63,873 nt of DNA, filler included, from Caldilineae bacterium (GCA_037446815.1; 5 parts of 5 records of this genome joined end to end with filler, not necessarily neighbours in it); one strand, 5' to 3'; numbered from the whole stretch's first letter, positions 47,825 to 59,545 are shown. Notes: a model not told the origin generated them from the letters alone. A program made the numbers and translations.

Positions 47825-48772
47825 ATGAGGGCCGATGGCACGTGGAGAATCTGTCTGGCGGCGTTCCTGGCCGCGCTGATGATGCTGTCTGCGGCTGGCC
47901 CCGCCGTGGCGCAGCAGCCTGTCCGCATCCAGGCGATGACGGTCTCGCTCTGGCCGGAATACGATCAAGAGGGCGTTCTGGTCATCTACCGCGGAACGCT
48001 TGCGGAAGATGTTCCTCTGCCGGCTACGCTTCGCTTCCTCATCCCGAAGGCGGCGGGCAAACCGGCCGCAACGGCGGGTGTGGATGCCACGGGGCAATAC
48101 CGCTACCGCAGTTACCAACTCGCGGATGCGGGGGAGTTCCTTGAGGTAACCTATACCAATCCGTACCGCGAGTTCCAGATGGAATATTACTACAACCCCC
48201 TGGTGGTAACGGACACGCTGCGTTCGTTCGTGTACCAGTTCCAGGCCGACTACGCGGTGGACGACCTGACGATAGAAGTGAAGGAGCCGGCAGGGTCGCA
48301 GAACCTGAGCCTGACGCCGGTCGCCACGGGCACGGGCACGGACTTTGACAACCTGCCGCTCCAGAAGTATGCCCTGGGCGCGTTTGCGGCAGGACAGACG
48401 TTCTGGCTCGCCGCCTCGTATGAGAAGACAGACCCGCGCCTGACGTCGGAAATCCTGGGGTTGGCGCCTCCCGGCACGGCCCAGTTTGAGGATGTGGCGC
48501 AGCCGTCCGGCTCGCAGAACGTGGTCGCGTACATTCTGCTGGGCGCGGCGGGGACGCTCCTGCTGGGCGCGGCGGTGTACGCTATCGCCCAGAGCCGTAA
48601 GCGCCCCAAGCCGCAGCCGGCGCAGGCCCGCCCCGCGACGCGGGGAAAGCCGCGCCGCGCGACGCCGCAAAGGGCAGCGCCTGCCGCCGGATTCTGCCAC
48701 CAGTGCGGCGCCCAACTGAAGCCGGGCGCCCAGTACTGCGCCAAGTGCGGCGCGAAGGTGAAAGGCCGATAG
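47825..48772 (+). CDS. Exported membrane-anchored protein with C-terminal zinc ribbon
   Basis: Signal peptide, LWPEYD, a TM helix, then FCHQCG...YCAKCG. Confidence 0.8.
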   Translation: MRADGTWRICLAAFLAALMMLSAAGPAVAQQPVRIQAMTVSLWPEYDQEGVLVIYRGTLAEDVPLPATLRFLIPKAAGKPAATAGVDATGQYRYRSYQLADAGEFLEVTYTNPYREFQMEYYYNPLVVTDTLRSFVYQFQADYAVDDLTIEVKEPAGSQNLSLTPVATGTGTDFDNLPLQKYALGAFAAGQTFWLAASYEKTDPRLTSEILGLAPPGTAQFEDVAQPSGSQNVVAYILLGAAGTLLLGAAVYAIAQSRKRPKPQPAQARPATRGKPRRATPQRAAPAAGFCHQCGAQLKPGAQYCAKCGAKVKGR

Positions 48773-48912
48773 GCAGAAAAGTTGACAACCTTTGTCCGAA
48801 ATGCTAAAGTAGCACCGCAGAGCCAAGAGGGCGCTCAAGCGAAGATGGATTCCGCTTCCTCGGCAGCCTCTCTGCGACGCTGCGGTGAGAACGCTGTTGG
48901 GTGGATGACGAA

Positions 48913-49359
48913 ATGACAGAGAATCTTGCGAATGTTGCGGCGAAGCCGCGCCGCTCGGCCAAGCAGGTGAAGTTCCTGGCCGGCGGGGCCGTTGTGGTGC
49001 TGATTATCGCGTACCTCATTTTCTCTAGCATGCAGGGCGCGACGGCGACCTACCTGACCGTGAAAGACGTCAAGGCGGCCCCGCCCTCGGAGCGCCTCGT
49101 GCGCGTGAGCGGCACGGTCGTGGGCGATTCCATTGAGTGGGACGCCCACAACGTGATCTTGCGCTTTGAACTGGCCGACGACACGGGGAGACTCCCGGTC
49201 GTGTACAAGGGCGTTCGCCCCGACATGCTCCGCGACGGCGCGACGGCTACCGCGGAGGGCAAAATGGGACCGGATGGGACCTTCCAGGCGACCCAGATTC
49301 TCCTGAAGTGCCCTTCCAAGTACGAGGAGAAGGCGACAGAACAAGCCCCATCCAAGTAG
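48913..49359 (+). CDS. ccmE: Heme chaperone CcmE (CxxxY variant)
   Basis: N-terminal TM, VRVSG, VVYKGVRPD and LKCPSKY. Confidence 0.9.
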   Translation: MTENLANVAAKPRRSAKQVKFLAGGAVVVLIIAYLIFSSMQGATATYLTVKDVKAAPPSERLVRVSGTVVGDSIEWDAHNVILRFELADDTGRLPVVYKGVRPDMLRDGATATAEGKMGPDGTFQATQILLKCPSKYEEKATEQAPSK

Positions 49360-49454
49360 ATGGTGCGGGGCGCAGCCGTCCCCTCGGACGTCTCCGAGAT
49401 CGCCACCGCGCGTCGTCGGCCGCAACTCATCTCTGACAGCAAGGGAGACCTACA

Positions 49455-51422
49455 TTGAGCGCAGTTACTGTGGGCCAATGGGCCCTTTGGATTGCCCTGG
49501 CGATCGCCCTGTACGGGATGATCGCCTCCATCCTCGGCGCGCGGCAGCGCATCCCCGAACTGGTGCAGAGCGGGCGCAATGCGGTCATTGCCGTGGCCGC
49601 GTTGGCCGCCGTCTCCTCCGCCAGCCTGCTGTACCTTCTGCTCACGCGCAATTTCCAGGTGGACTATGTGTACCAGCACGTGAGCACGTACCTGCCGGTG
49701 CCCTACGTCATCTCGGCGTTCTACGCGGGGCAGGAAGGCTCGCTCCTGCTGTGGCTGCTCCTGTTGTCGGTGGCCGGCGCCATCGCCGTGCTGAACAGGC
49801 GCGACTGGAGCGAGGACCTGCTCCCCTACGTGGGGGCGGTGGTGTCGGGCGTGGCGGCCTTCTTCCTCTTGGTGCTTGCGACCCTGTCCAGCCCCTTCAA
49901 ACTTTTGGCGACGAACCCCGGACAGGGCGTTGGCCTCAACCCGCTGCTGGAAAACCCGGGCATGATCTATCACCCGCCGACCCTGTTCATTGGCTACGCG
50001 GTGTACACCATCCCGTTTGCCTATGCGATTGCGGCGCTCGCCACGGGGCGGCTTGGCTCCGGCTGGGTGCGGGGCATCCGCCTGTGGAGCCTGTTCGCGT
50101 GGCTGTTCCTGGGCATCGGCATCCTGCTGGGCGCGCAGTGGGCCTACGTGGAGTTGGGCTGGGGCGGGTACTGGGCCTGGGACCCGGTGGAGAACTCCTC
50201 GCTCATCCCCTGGCTGGTGGGGACGGCCTTCCTGCACTCGGTGATGATGCAGGAGCGGCGCGGCATGTTCAAGCGGTGGAACATCGCGCTGGCGACGCTC
50301 ACGTTCGCGCTGTGCGTCTTCGCCACGTTCGTAACGCGCAGCGGGCTGATTGAGTCGGTGCACGCGTTTGGCCGCTCGCCGCTGGGGTACTACTTCCTCG
50401 CATTCTTGTTTGTTGTCCTGGCCGTAACGGTTGCCCTTGCCATTTGGCGCAGGGAGGAGTTGACCCCCAAGCGCGAGATTGAAGCGTTCCTGTCCCGCGA
50501 GTTCAGTCTGCTGGTTACCGTCCTAGGCATGGTGGGCATCGGGCTGGCCGTGCTGTTGGGTACGCTCTACCCCACGCTGGCCGAGTCCCTTGCCGGGCAG
50601 CAACTTTCGGTCGGCCCGGCCTTTTATAGCCGCGTGTTCACGCCGCTGGGCGCGGCGGTGATTCTCGTCATCGCCATCTGCCCGCTGTTGGCGTGGGGCA
50701 AGTCGTCGCCCCAGCGGGTGCTCGGGGCCATGCTGTGGCCGGGCGTCATGGCCGTCGCGTTCGGCATCGCGCTGGCCGTGGCGGGGATTCGCCCGCTGTA
50801 CGCCGTGCTGGGCTTCGCCCTGTGCGTGTTCGTCTTCACGTCGGTGCTGGTGGAGTTCGGACGGGGTTGGTTCGCCCGCAAGCGCATGACGGGCGAATCG
50901 TACCCCGTGGCCTTCTGGCGTCTGGTCAACAAGAATCATCGGCGCTACGGGGGTTACCTGGTACATCTGGCCACCGTCATCCTGGCGGCGGGCGTCATCG
51001 GTTCGTCGGTGTACAAGACCGATACGCAGATTTCCATGCGCCCGGGGGAGGCCATGCAGGTGCAGGGCTACACTTTGAAATACGCCGAGTACACTGTCCA
51101 GCCGACCGAGGCCAAGCAGCGGTTTGCCGTAACGCTGGAGGTGAGCAAGGGGAACCGCTCCCTGGGCCGCCTGACCGCGGAGAAAAACTTCCACTGGAAC
51201 GTGGAGCAGTGGGTAACCGAGGTCGCCATACGGCCGGGGCTGGTGGAAGACCTGTACGTGATTCTTTCTGGCCTGGAGACCAACGGCTTGGCGACGCTCT
51301 CGGTCCAGACGCATCCGATGGTAACGTGGCTGTGGATTGGGGGCGGGCTGCTGTTCGTGGGAACGCTGTGGGCCATGTGGCCTCGCTCCGAGAAGAAACG
51401 CTCCACGGGGAGGGCGGAATGA
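49455..51422 (+). CDS. ccmF: Cytochrome c heme lyase CcmF
   Basis: GQEGSLL, GLNPLL, HPP, WGGYWAWDPVEN and SVHAF motifs. Confidence 0.95.
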   Translation: MSAVTVGQWALWIALAIALYGMIASILGARQRIPELVQSGRNAVIAVAALAAVSSASLLYLLLTRNFQVDYVYQHVSTYLPVPYVISAFYAGQEGSLLLWLLLLSVAGAIAVLNRRDWSEDLLPYVGAVVSGVAAFFLLVLATLSSPFKLLATNPGQGVGLNPLLENPGMIYHPPTLFIGYAVYTIPFAYAIAALATGRLGSGWVRGIRLWSLFAWLFLGIGILLGAQWAYVELGWGGYWAWDPVENSSLIPWLVGTAFLHSVMMQERRGMFKRWNIALATLTFALCVFATFVTRSGLIESVHAFGRSPLGYYFLAFLFVVLAVTVALAIWRREELTPKREIEAFLSREFSLLVTVLGMVGIGLAVLLGTLYPTLAESLAGQQLSVGPAFYSRVFTPLGAAVILVIAICPLLAWGKSSPQRVLGAMLWPGVMAVAFGIALAVAGIRPLYAVLGFALCVFVFTSVLVEFGRGWFARKRMTGESYPVAFWRLVNKNHRRYGGYLVHLATVILAAGVIGSSVYKTDTQISMRPGEAMQVQGYTLKYAEYTVQPTEAKQRFAVTLEVSKGNRSLGRLTAEKNFHWNVEQWVTEVAIRPGLVEDLYVILSGLETNGLATLSVQTHPMVTWLWIGGGLLFVGTLWAMWPRSEKKRSTGRAE

Positions 51423-51871
51423 TGGGCGCGGTGCTGGTTGTGCTGATAACCCTGGCGGCGATCGCCTTTGTCGCCTATCCCCTGGTGCGCGGCATGCGCC
51501 AGCGGCCGATTCCGTCCATGCCCGATTTGGAAACCCAGGCGGTCTATGCCGACGCCGAGGAGATTGAACTGGACTTCCGCACGGGCAAACTGGATCAGGC
51601 CGAGTACGAGGCGCTCACGCAGAAGATCGCGGCGGCGACCGGCGACGAACTGGAGCGCCGCATTCAGGCGATGCGGAAGGCGCGCAAGCAAGCGGCGAAG
51701 CCTGCGGCGGCCGGGGCGAAGTGCCCACGCTGTGGCGCGCCCTACGATGCTGGCGACCGGTTCTGCGCTCGGTGCGGGGCAAGCTTGGCCGAGGCGCGAG
51801 TGTGCTCCAACTGCGGCACGCCCTACGATCCGGGCGACAAGTTCTGCGCCCGATGCGGCAAGCTGCTGTAA
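51419..51871 (+). CDS. CcmI-like N-terminal region fused to a double zinc ribbon
   Basis: TM-YPL, ELDFRTGKLDQAEY, then CPRC..CARC..CSNC..CARC. Confidence 0.75.
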   Translation: MMGAVLVVLITLAAIAFVAYPLVRGMRQRPIPSMPDLETQAVYADAEEIELDFRTGKLDQAEYEALTQKIAAATGDELERRIQAMRKARKQAAKPAAAGAKCPRCGAPYDAGDRFCARCGASLAEARVCSNCGTPYDPGDKFCARCGKLL

Positions 51872-51941
51872 CTGCCGCCGTCAGCCTGTGGCCTTTGGCC
51901 CTTGTGCTGTCGCGACGAACCACGCTGATTCTAGGAGAGAG

Positions 51942-53147
51942 ATGGTGAAGAAGATGCTCGCCAGCCTCGCGCTGGCAATGCTGTTTTTGCTGGGGGCTAC
52001 CTTGGGCGGCGCGGCGCAGACGCCGACGGCGTCGGGCACGCTCTCCGGCTCCGTCATCAACGGCACGGCGGGGGCGACACTGCCCGCGAATCTCACCGTT
52101 ACCCTGCAGGGGTTCAAGGGCACCGAGTTGCTCCCGCCCCAGACGACCGTCGCCGACGCCGAGGGCCGATTCCAGTTCTCGGGCCTGGAGACGGGCGCCG
52201 ACTACTCGTACATCGTGTACACCGAGTACCTAGGCATCCAATACGGCACCGACGCGCTGAAGTTTGAGGCCGACCAGAATCAACTGGAGGCCGACCTGTT
52301 CATCTACGAGACCACCACGTCGGACGAGGCCATCTCCATCGCGCGCATCCACTTCATCATCACCGCGTCCGAGGGGGCGCTGGTGGTGGACGAGGTGCAG
52401 TCGTTCTCCAACAGCGGCGACCGCACGTACATTGGCGCCGAGCCGCCGGCGGGCGCGCAGCGAACCACGGTGCGCTTCGCCCCGCCGCCCCAGGCCCAGG
52501 ATGTCCAGGTGGACGAGGGGGCGAATGTGGGCCGCTTCGTCCAGACCGCCGACGGCTACGCCGACACCCTGCCGGTTGTCCCAGGCCAGAGTACCTTGCA
52601 GGTGATTCTCTCGTATGTCATTCCCTACGACGCGGCTTCTACACTGCTTACCACGACATTCCTGTACCCGACCAGGGCGGTCAACGTGTTCCTGTCCGAT
52701 TCGGGCGTGGAGATGTCCAGCCAGCAGATGATCCTCATGGGGCAGATGGGGACAGGCGCGCAGGCGTACATCGGCTACGTGGGCCAGAACTTCGCCAAGG
52801 GGGACACGCTGACGCTGGAGTTCAAGGGCAAGGTCGCGACCGGCGCGCCGACGGCGACGCCTTCGGGCGGCCTGTCCACGACGGGCTACGTGCTCATCGC
52901 GGGAGGGCTGGTGCTGCTGCTGGTGGCGCTGGCGGTGGCGTATCCGGCGCTGCGGCGCAAGGGCGAGGCCGCGCCGTCGGAAGAGGCGGCCATGCCCTGC
53001 GACGATGAGTGCGAGGAACTGCTGGCTGCCATCGCCGACCTGGACGACCTGTTTGAGGCCGGCGAACTGGACGAGGAGACGTATCGCCGACGGCGGCAGG
53101 CGCTCAAGGCCCGCCTGTTGGAAATCCAGGAGGGGGCGCAGGAGTAG
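51942..53147 (+). CDS. Exported protein with carboxypeptidase-regulatory-like domain, TM and CcmI-like cytoplasmic tail
   Basis: Signal peptide; ADAEGRFQF; C-terminal IADLDDLFEAGELDEETY. Confidence 0.75.
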   Translation: MVKKMLASLALAMLFLLGATLGGAAQTPTASGTLSGSVINGTAGATLPANLTVTLQGFKGTELLPPQTTVADAEGRFQFSGLETGADYSYIVYTEYLGIQYGTDALKFEADQNQLEADLFIYETTTSDEAISIARIHFIITASEGALVVDEVQSFSNSGDRTYIGAEPPAGAQRTTVRFAPPPQAQDVQVDEGANVGRFVQTADGYADTLPVVPGQSTLQVILSYVIPYDAASTLLTTTFLYPTRAVNVFLSDSGVEMSSQQMILMGQMGTGAQAYIGYVGQNFAKGDTLTLEFKGKVATGAPTATPSGGLSTTGYVLIAGGLVLLLVALAVAYPALRRKGEAAPSEEAAMPCDDECEELLAAIADLDDLFEAGELDEETYRRRRQALKARLLEIQEGAQE

Positions 53148-53153
53148 CGCGAC

Positions 53154-53852
53154 ATGATTCAGGTGCGCGGGTTGACCAAAGCCTTCGGGCCGAAGAAGGT
53201 GCTGCGGGGGATTGACCTGGACGTGGGCCAGGGCGAATTCCTCACCCTTGTCGGCCCCAACGGCGCAGGCAAGACGACCCTGCTGCGCATCCTGGCGACG
53301 TTGAGCCGCGCCACCGGCGGCGACGCCCTCATCGGCGGCGTGTCCGTCGCCGAGCATCCGGCCCAGGTGCGGCGGAGCATCGGGCTGGTCTCCCACCGCA
53401 CGCTCCTCTACGACGACCTGACGGCGGTGGAGAACCTCCAGTTCTACGGCCGCATGTACGACGTGCCGAACCTCAACGCGCGTATAGAGGAAGTGCTGCG
53501 CCAGGTGAATCTCTACTACCGTCGGCATGACGCCGTGCGCACCTATTCGCGCGGGATGCAGCAGCGCCTGTCCATCGCCAGGGCCATCCTGCACGACCCG
53601 CAGGTGATGCTGATGGACGAGCCGTACACGGGGCTGGACGTGCAGGCGACGGCCATGCTGCGCGCGGTGTTGCAGGAGTTGGCGGCCAGCGGGCGCACGG
53701 TCATCATGACGACCCACGACCTGGAACTGGGGCTGGAGGTGGCCGACCGCGTTGCCATCCTGTCGGGAGGGCGAATTGGCTTCCAGGGGCCTGCCAAAGG
53801 CATGGACGTTCACGAATTCCGGCGCATCTACGCCGAGCAGGTGGCGGGGTGA
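53154..53852 (+). CDS. ccmA: Heme exporter ATP-binding protein CcmA
   Basis: GPNGAGKT, YSRGMQQR and MDEP motifs; ccm context. Confidence 0.9.
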   Translation: MIQVRGLTKAFGPKKVLRGIDLDVGQGEFLTLVGPNGAGKTTLLRILATLSRATGGDALIGGVSVAEHPAQVRRSIGLVSHRTLLYDDLTAVENLQFYGRMYDVPNLNARIEEVLRQVNLYYRRHDAVRTYSRGMQQRLSIARAILHDPQVMLMDEPYTGLDVQATAMLRAVLQELAASGRTVIMTTHDLELGLEVADRVAILSGGRIGFQGPAKGMDVHEFRRIYAEQVAG

Positions 53853-53856
53853 GGCG

Positions 53857-54531
53857 ATGAACTTCCTGCGCAAGGTGGCGGCGGTAGCCTGGAAGGACTT
53901 GCAGGCGGAGTGGCGCACCCGCGAGGTGTTCAGCGCCATGTTCGTCTTCGCCCTGCTGATCCTCATCATCTTCAATTTCGCGCTGGAGTTGCGGGCCGAG
54001 AACGCGCGGGTGCTGGTGCCGGGCATCTTGTGGGTGGCATTCACGTTCGCGGGCATGTTGGGCCTGAACCGCTCGTTCATCCAGGAGAAGGATCGCGGCT
54101 CGCTGGAGGGGTTGCTGCTTTGCCCCGTGGACCGCAGCGCGATATACTTGGGCAAGATGCTGGCCAATTGGGCGCTGATGGCGCTGGTGGCCGTGTTCAT
54201 CCTGCCCGTGTCCTTCGTGCTGTTCAACCTGTCCTTCGGGGCGCTGCCGATGATCGTAGTGGTAACGGCGCTGGGGACGTTGGGGTTTGCGGGCGTGGGG
54301 ACGCTGTTCTCGGCCATGGCGGTGAACACGCGGGCCAGGGAAGTGATGCTGCCGCTGCTGCTGTTTCCCGTGGCCGTGCCGCTCATCATCTCGGCGGTGA
54401 AACTGACGGCGGGGATTATGGACGGACTGGCCGGGGCGGAACTGGCCCGATGGTGGCAGTTGCTGGTGGGGTTTGACGCAATCTTTTTCACCCTTTCGTT
54501 CGTTACGTTTGACTATGCAATTGAGGAGTGA
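53857..54531 (+). CDS. ccmB: Heme exporter permease CcmB
   Basis: WKDL..EWR, EKDRGSLE and LPLLLFP motifs. Confidence 0.9.
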   Translation: MNFLRKVAAVAWKDLQAEWRTREVFSAMFVFALLILIIFNFALELRAENARVLVPGILWVAFTFAGMLGLNRSFIQEKDRGSLEGLLLCPVDRSAIYLGKMLANWALMALVAVFILPVSFVLFNLSFGALPMIVVVTALGTLGFAGVGTLFSAMAVNTRAREVMLPLLLFPVAVPLIISAVKLTAGIMDGLAGAELARWWQLLVGFDAIFFTLSFVTFDYAIEE

Positions 54532-54534
54532 ACC

Positions 54535-55233
54535 ATGGCACTGCGGAAAGACGGCTGGCTGTGGGCGCTGGGGATTCTCGCGTTCGCCGGGATGCTGGCG
54601 GCGGGTTACCTCGCTCTGGTGTGGGCGCCGCCGGCGGAGGGGTTCGTCGGGCAGGCGGAACTGGCCCAGCGCATCTTCTACTTCCACGTGCCGTCGGCCT
54701 GGACGGGGTTCCTGGCGTTCTTCGTAACCTTCATCGCCAGCATCGCGTACCTGTGGAAGGGCGGGCGCAAGTGGGACATCCTGGCCGCGGCGTCGGCGGA
54801 AATCGGCCTGGTCTTCACCACGATGGTGGTCATCACCGGCCCTATCTGGGCCAAGCCCACATGGGGCGTGTGGTGGACCTGGTCCGACCCCAAGTTGGTA
54901 ACGGCGGCCATTCTGTGGCTCATTTACTTTGGGTACATCATGCTGCGGCGCATGGTAGAAGATGATGCCCGCCGGGCGCGGTTCGCGGCGGTGCTGGGCA
55001 TCATCGGGTTCGTGGATGTGCCCATCGTGTTCGGCGCGGCGCGGTGGTGGGGGCAGAGCGTGGCGCACCCGATTGTGGTCAGCGGCGGCGGATTTGACGT
55101 GGCCCCCAGGATGCTGACGGTGCTCATGTTCAGCCTGGCCGTGTTCACCATCCTGTACGTGGTGATTCTGACGCTGCGGGTGCGGGCCGAGCACCTCGCC
55201 GATGCGGTGGAGGCCCTGAAGATGGGGGAGTAG
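54535..55233 (+). CDS. ccmC: Heme exporter CcmC
   Basis: FYFHVPSAW and WAKPTWGVWWTWSDP (WWD domain); AHP. Confidence 0.92.
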   Translation: MALRKDGWLWALGILAFAGMLAAGYLALVWAPPAEGFVGQAELAQRIFYFHVPSAWTGFLAFFVTFIASIAYLWKGGRKWDILAAASAEIGLVFTTMVVITGPIWAKPTWGVWWTWSDPKLVTAAILWLIYFGYIMLRRMVEDDARRARFAAVLGIIGFVDVPIVFGAARWWGQSVAHPIVVSGGGFDVAPRMLTVLMFSLAVFTILYVVILTLRVRAEHLADAVEALKMGE

Positions 55234-55296
55234 CCATTAGCCTTTAGCAATTGGCTTTTGGGCTGTAGCCTCTTGCCTCTGGCTAATGGCTAAAGG
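55231..55296. repeat. Heptamer-repeat inverted array (TAGCCAT-like)
   Basis: tagccat tagcctt tagcaat tggcttt ... ggctaat ggctaaa; resumes after the MITE. Confidence 0.6.
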
Positions 55297-55304
55297 CCAG
55301 GGGC

Positions 55305-55453
55305 GATTCGGTTCCAAAGTCTGTTGGTATTTGTCATTGCGAGGGCGCGGAGCGCCCGAAGCAATCCCCGGGGCGTGAGATGCTTCGCTTCGCTCGCAAT
55401 GACACACGAGGAGAGTGTACATGCGGTTCACCAACACAGTTTGGAACCGAATC
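55305..55453. mobile_element. 149-bp MITE copy, TSD CCAGGGGC
   Basis: Perfect GATTCGGTTCCA...TGGAACCGAATC; perfect 8-bp direct repeat. Confidence 0.88.
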
Positions 55454-55474
55454 CCAGGGGCTAAGGGCTAAAGG

Positions 55475-55574
55475 NNNNNNNNNNNNNNNNNNNNNNNNNN
55501 NNNNNNNNNNNNNNNNNNTTAATTAATTAANNNNNNNNNNNNNNNNNNNNNNNNNNNNNNNNNNNNNNNNNNNN
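55475..55574. other. Artificial contig-joining linker
   Basis: N run with TTAATTAATTAA. Confidence 0.97.
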
Positions 55575-55824
55575 GCGAAGCATCTCGGTCGGCGAGATTC
55601 TTCGCGGCTTCGCCGCTCAGAATGACAGTTTTCGCAACCGCGAATAACGCGAATCTACGCGAATAGGGGAGCGGTATCCACAGATACCACGGATAGCGCG
55701 GATGGGCGTGGGATTCTTCGCGGCTTCGCCGCTCAGAAAGACAGCCCTGCGGTGTCATGATGAGCCGAAGGCGAAGCATCTCGGTCGGCGAGATTCTTCG
55801 CGGCTTCGCCGCTCAGAATGACAG
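55575..55824. repeat. REP cluster
   Basis: Three copies of gattcttcgcggcttcgccgctcagaa(t/a)gaca. Confidence 0.8.
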
Positions 55825-55840
55825 ATGAGGCGGGAGGCCT

Positions 55841-55894
55841 CTTATAGAACGTTTACCCTGCTCTTATGCAATTCTCATGCAGGGCACGTATACT
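55841..55894 (+). promoter_or_regulatory. Four 11-bp-period direct repeats plus -10 box upstream of dnaK
   Basis: CTTAT-N6-TTTAC-N6-CTTAT-N6-CTCAT-N10-TATACT. Confidence 0.7.
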
Positions 55895-55959
55895 GGGGCC
55901 AAAGAAGGGCCTGCCCTTCGCAGAAATTATGCCAAGTATGCAGGATGGAGGTTGGATAT

Positions 55960-57870
<1,911 letters not shown>

Positions 57871-57986
57871 CACCGGCCACATGTGAGACTCGCAGCAAAG
57901 GCCGCGGCGGCTGGGTGTCCGGAAGGTACACTCGGAGCGCCGCGCCTTTGCCGTGAGGACGACAATACTCTGTTTGGAGTGGGACT

Positions 57987-58526
57987 GTGCAGATACCGGT
58001 GAAAGTGATTCCACCCGAGGACGATAAGGAGCGGACGGCTCAGACCGAAGGGGCAGCCCCCGCGCAAGAGCCTGCGCCCGCGACGCCGCAACCCGCGCCC
58101 ACGCAGCCAGATGTGGACTGGCGCGATATGGCGTTGCGGCTCCAGGCGGAGATGGAGAACTTCCGCAAGCGGCAGCAGCGCCTGGCCCAGGAGCAGATCG
58201 CTTCAGAGCGGGAGCGGCTGCTGCGCGGCGTGTTGCCGGTGGCCGATAACCTGGAACGGGCGCTGGCCCACGCCGACGCGCAGGATGGCCTTCGCGAGGG
58301 CGTGGCGCTGACCCGCGACGTTTTGATGCAGTGGCTGCGGCAGCAGGGCGTGGAGCCTGTGAATCCGCTCGGCAAGCCGTTTGACCCGACCTGGCACGAG
58401 GCGGTGGGGACGGTTCCTAGCGCGCACCACGGCGTGGAGCCGCAGACGGTGGTGGCGGTCAGCGAGATGGGGTACAGGCTGAATGACCGCGTGCTTCGCC
58501 CTGCCAAGGTGATCGTGGCGGTCTAG
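57987..58526 (+). CDS. grpE: Nucleotide exchange factor GrpE
   Basis: RLQAEMENFRKR, LPVADNLERAL, FDP..HEAV and GY..RVLRPAKV motifs. Confidence 0.93.
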   Translation: MQIPVKVIPPEDDKERTAQTEGAAPAQEPAPATPQPAPTQPDVDWRDMALRLQAEMENFRKRQQRLAQEQIASERERLLRGVLPVADNLERALAHADAQDGLREGVALTRDVLMQWLRQQGVEPVNPLGKPFDPTWHEAVGTVPSAHHGVEPQTVVAVSEMGYRLNDRVLRPAKVIVAV

Positions 58527-58578
58527 GCGGGCCGTCCAACTCGGCAGCATCAGACTGGGGACTTTCGGCGAGAGGGGT

Positions 58579-59532
58579 ATGGAATACAAGGATTACTACA
58601 AGATACTCGGCGTTGGGAAAAACGCCACCGAAAAGGAAATCAAACAGGCATTCCGTCGGCTGGCGCGCCAGTATCACCCGGACATGAATCCGAACAACCC
58701 GCAGGCCGAAGCGAAGTTCAAGGAGATCAACGAGGCCTACGAGGTGCTGTCGGACCCGGAGAAGCGCAAGAAGTACGATCAGTTGGGCGCGGACTGGGTG
58801 CGGTGGCAGCAGGCTGGCGGGCAGCCGGGGGATTTTGACTGGAGCCGCTGGACCACGTGGGGGACGGGGCAGGGGCCCAACGTTCGGTACGCCACCGCCG
58901 ATGACCTGCGAGACCTGTTCGGGGATTCCAGCCCGTTCTCCGACTTCTTCAGCCAGATTTTCGGCGGGATGGGCACCGGACGCGCCCGCACGGAGGGGTT
59001 CGGGTTCCGCACGCGTCCCCAGCGAGGTCAGGACTACGAGCAGGATGTGGAGATTACGCTGGAAGAGGCGTTCCACGGCACGACTCGGACGCTCCAGCGC
59101 GACGGCGAGCGCCTGGATGTGAAGATTCCGCGCGGCGCGGATACGGGCACGCGGGTGCGCCTGGCGGGCAAGGGGGCGCCCGGCATCGCCGGCGGGCCGG
59201 CGGGCGACATCTACCTGCGGGTGAAGGTTCTGCCGCATCCGCGCTTTGAGCGCAAGGGGGATGACCTGTACACCACGGTGCCGGTGGACTTGTACACGGC
59301 GGTGCTGGGCGGCGAGGTGCGCGTGCCCACGCTGGAAGGCGATGTGCTGCTGACAATACCGGCGGCAACGCAGAATGGGCGCGTGTTCCGCCTGCGCGGC
59401 AAAGGGATGCCTCGGCTGCGCAAGCCGGACGAGCGCGGCGACCTGCTGGCGAAGGTGGAGGTGCAGTTGCCCACGCGCCTGACCGCGGAGCAGCGCCGCC
59501 TGTTTGAGGAACTTCGGCGCATCTCCCGCTAG
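58579..59532 (+). CDS. Class B J-domain protein (DnaJ/CbpA-like, no Zn finger)
   Basis: DYYKILG, HPD, G/F region and C-terminal DnaJ_C; no CxxCxGxG repeats. Confidence 0.93.
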   Translation: MEYKDYYKILGVGKNATEKEIKQAFRRLARQYHPDMNPNNPQAEAKFKEINEAYEVLSDPEKRKKYDQLGADWVRWQQAGGQPGDFDWSRWTTWGTGQGPNVRYATADDLRDLFGDSSPFSDFFSQIFGGMGTGRARTEGFGFRTRPQRGQDYEQDVEITLEEAFHGTTRTLQRDGERLDVKIPRGADTGTRVRLAGKGAPGIAGGPAGDIYLRVKVLPHPRFERKGDDLYTTVPVDLYTAVLGGEVRVPTLEGDVLLTIPAATQNGRVFRLRGKGMPRLRKPDERGDLLAKVEVQLPTRLTAEQRRLFEELRRISR

Positions 59533-59545
59533 GCGCGCGCAAACT

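Noticed and set aside
55825..55959. CIRCE or HAIR operator upstream of dnaK
   Set aside because: No TTAGCACTC-N9-GAGTGCTAA or CTTGAGT-N7-ACTCAAG is present; the longer ORF start at 55825 is also spurious.
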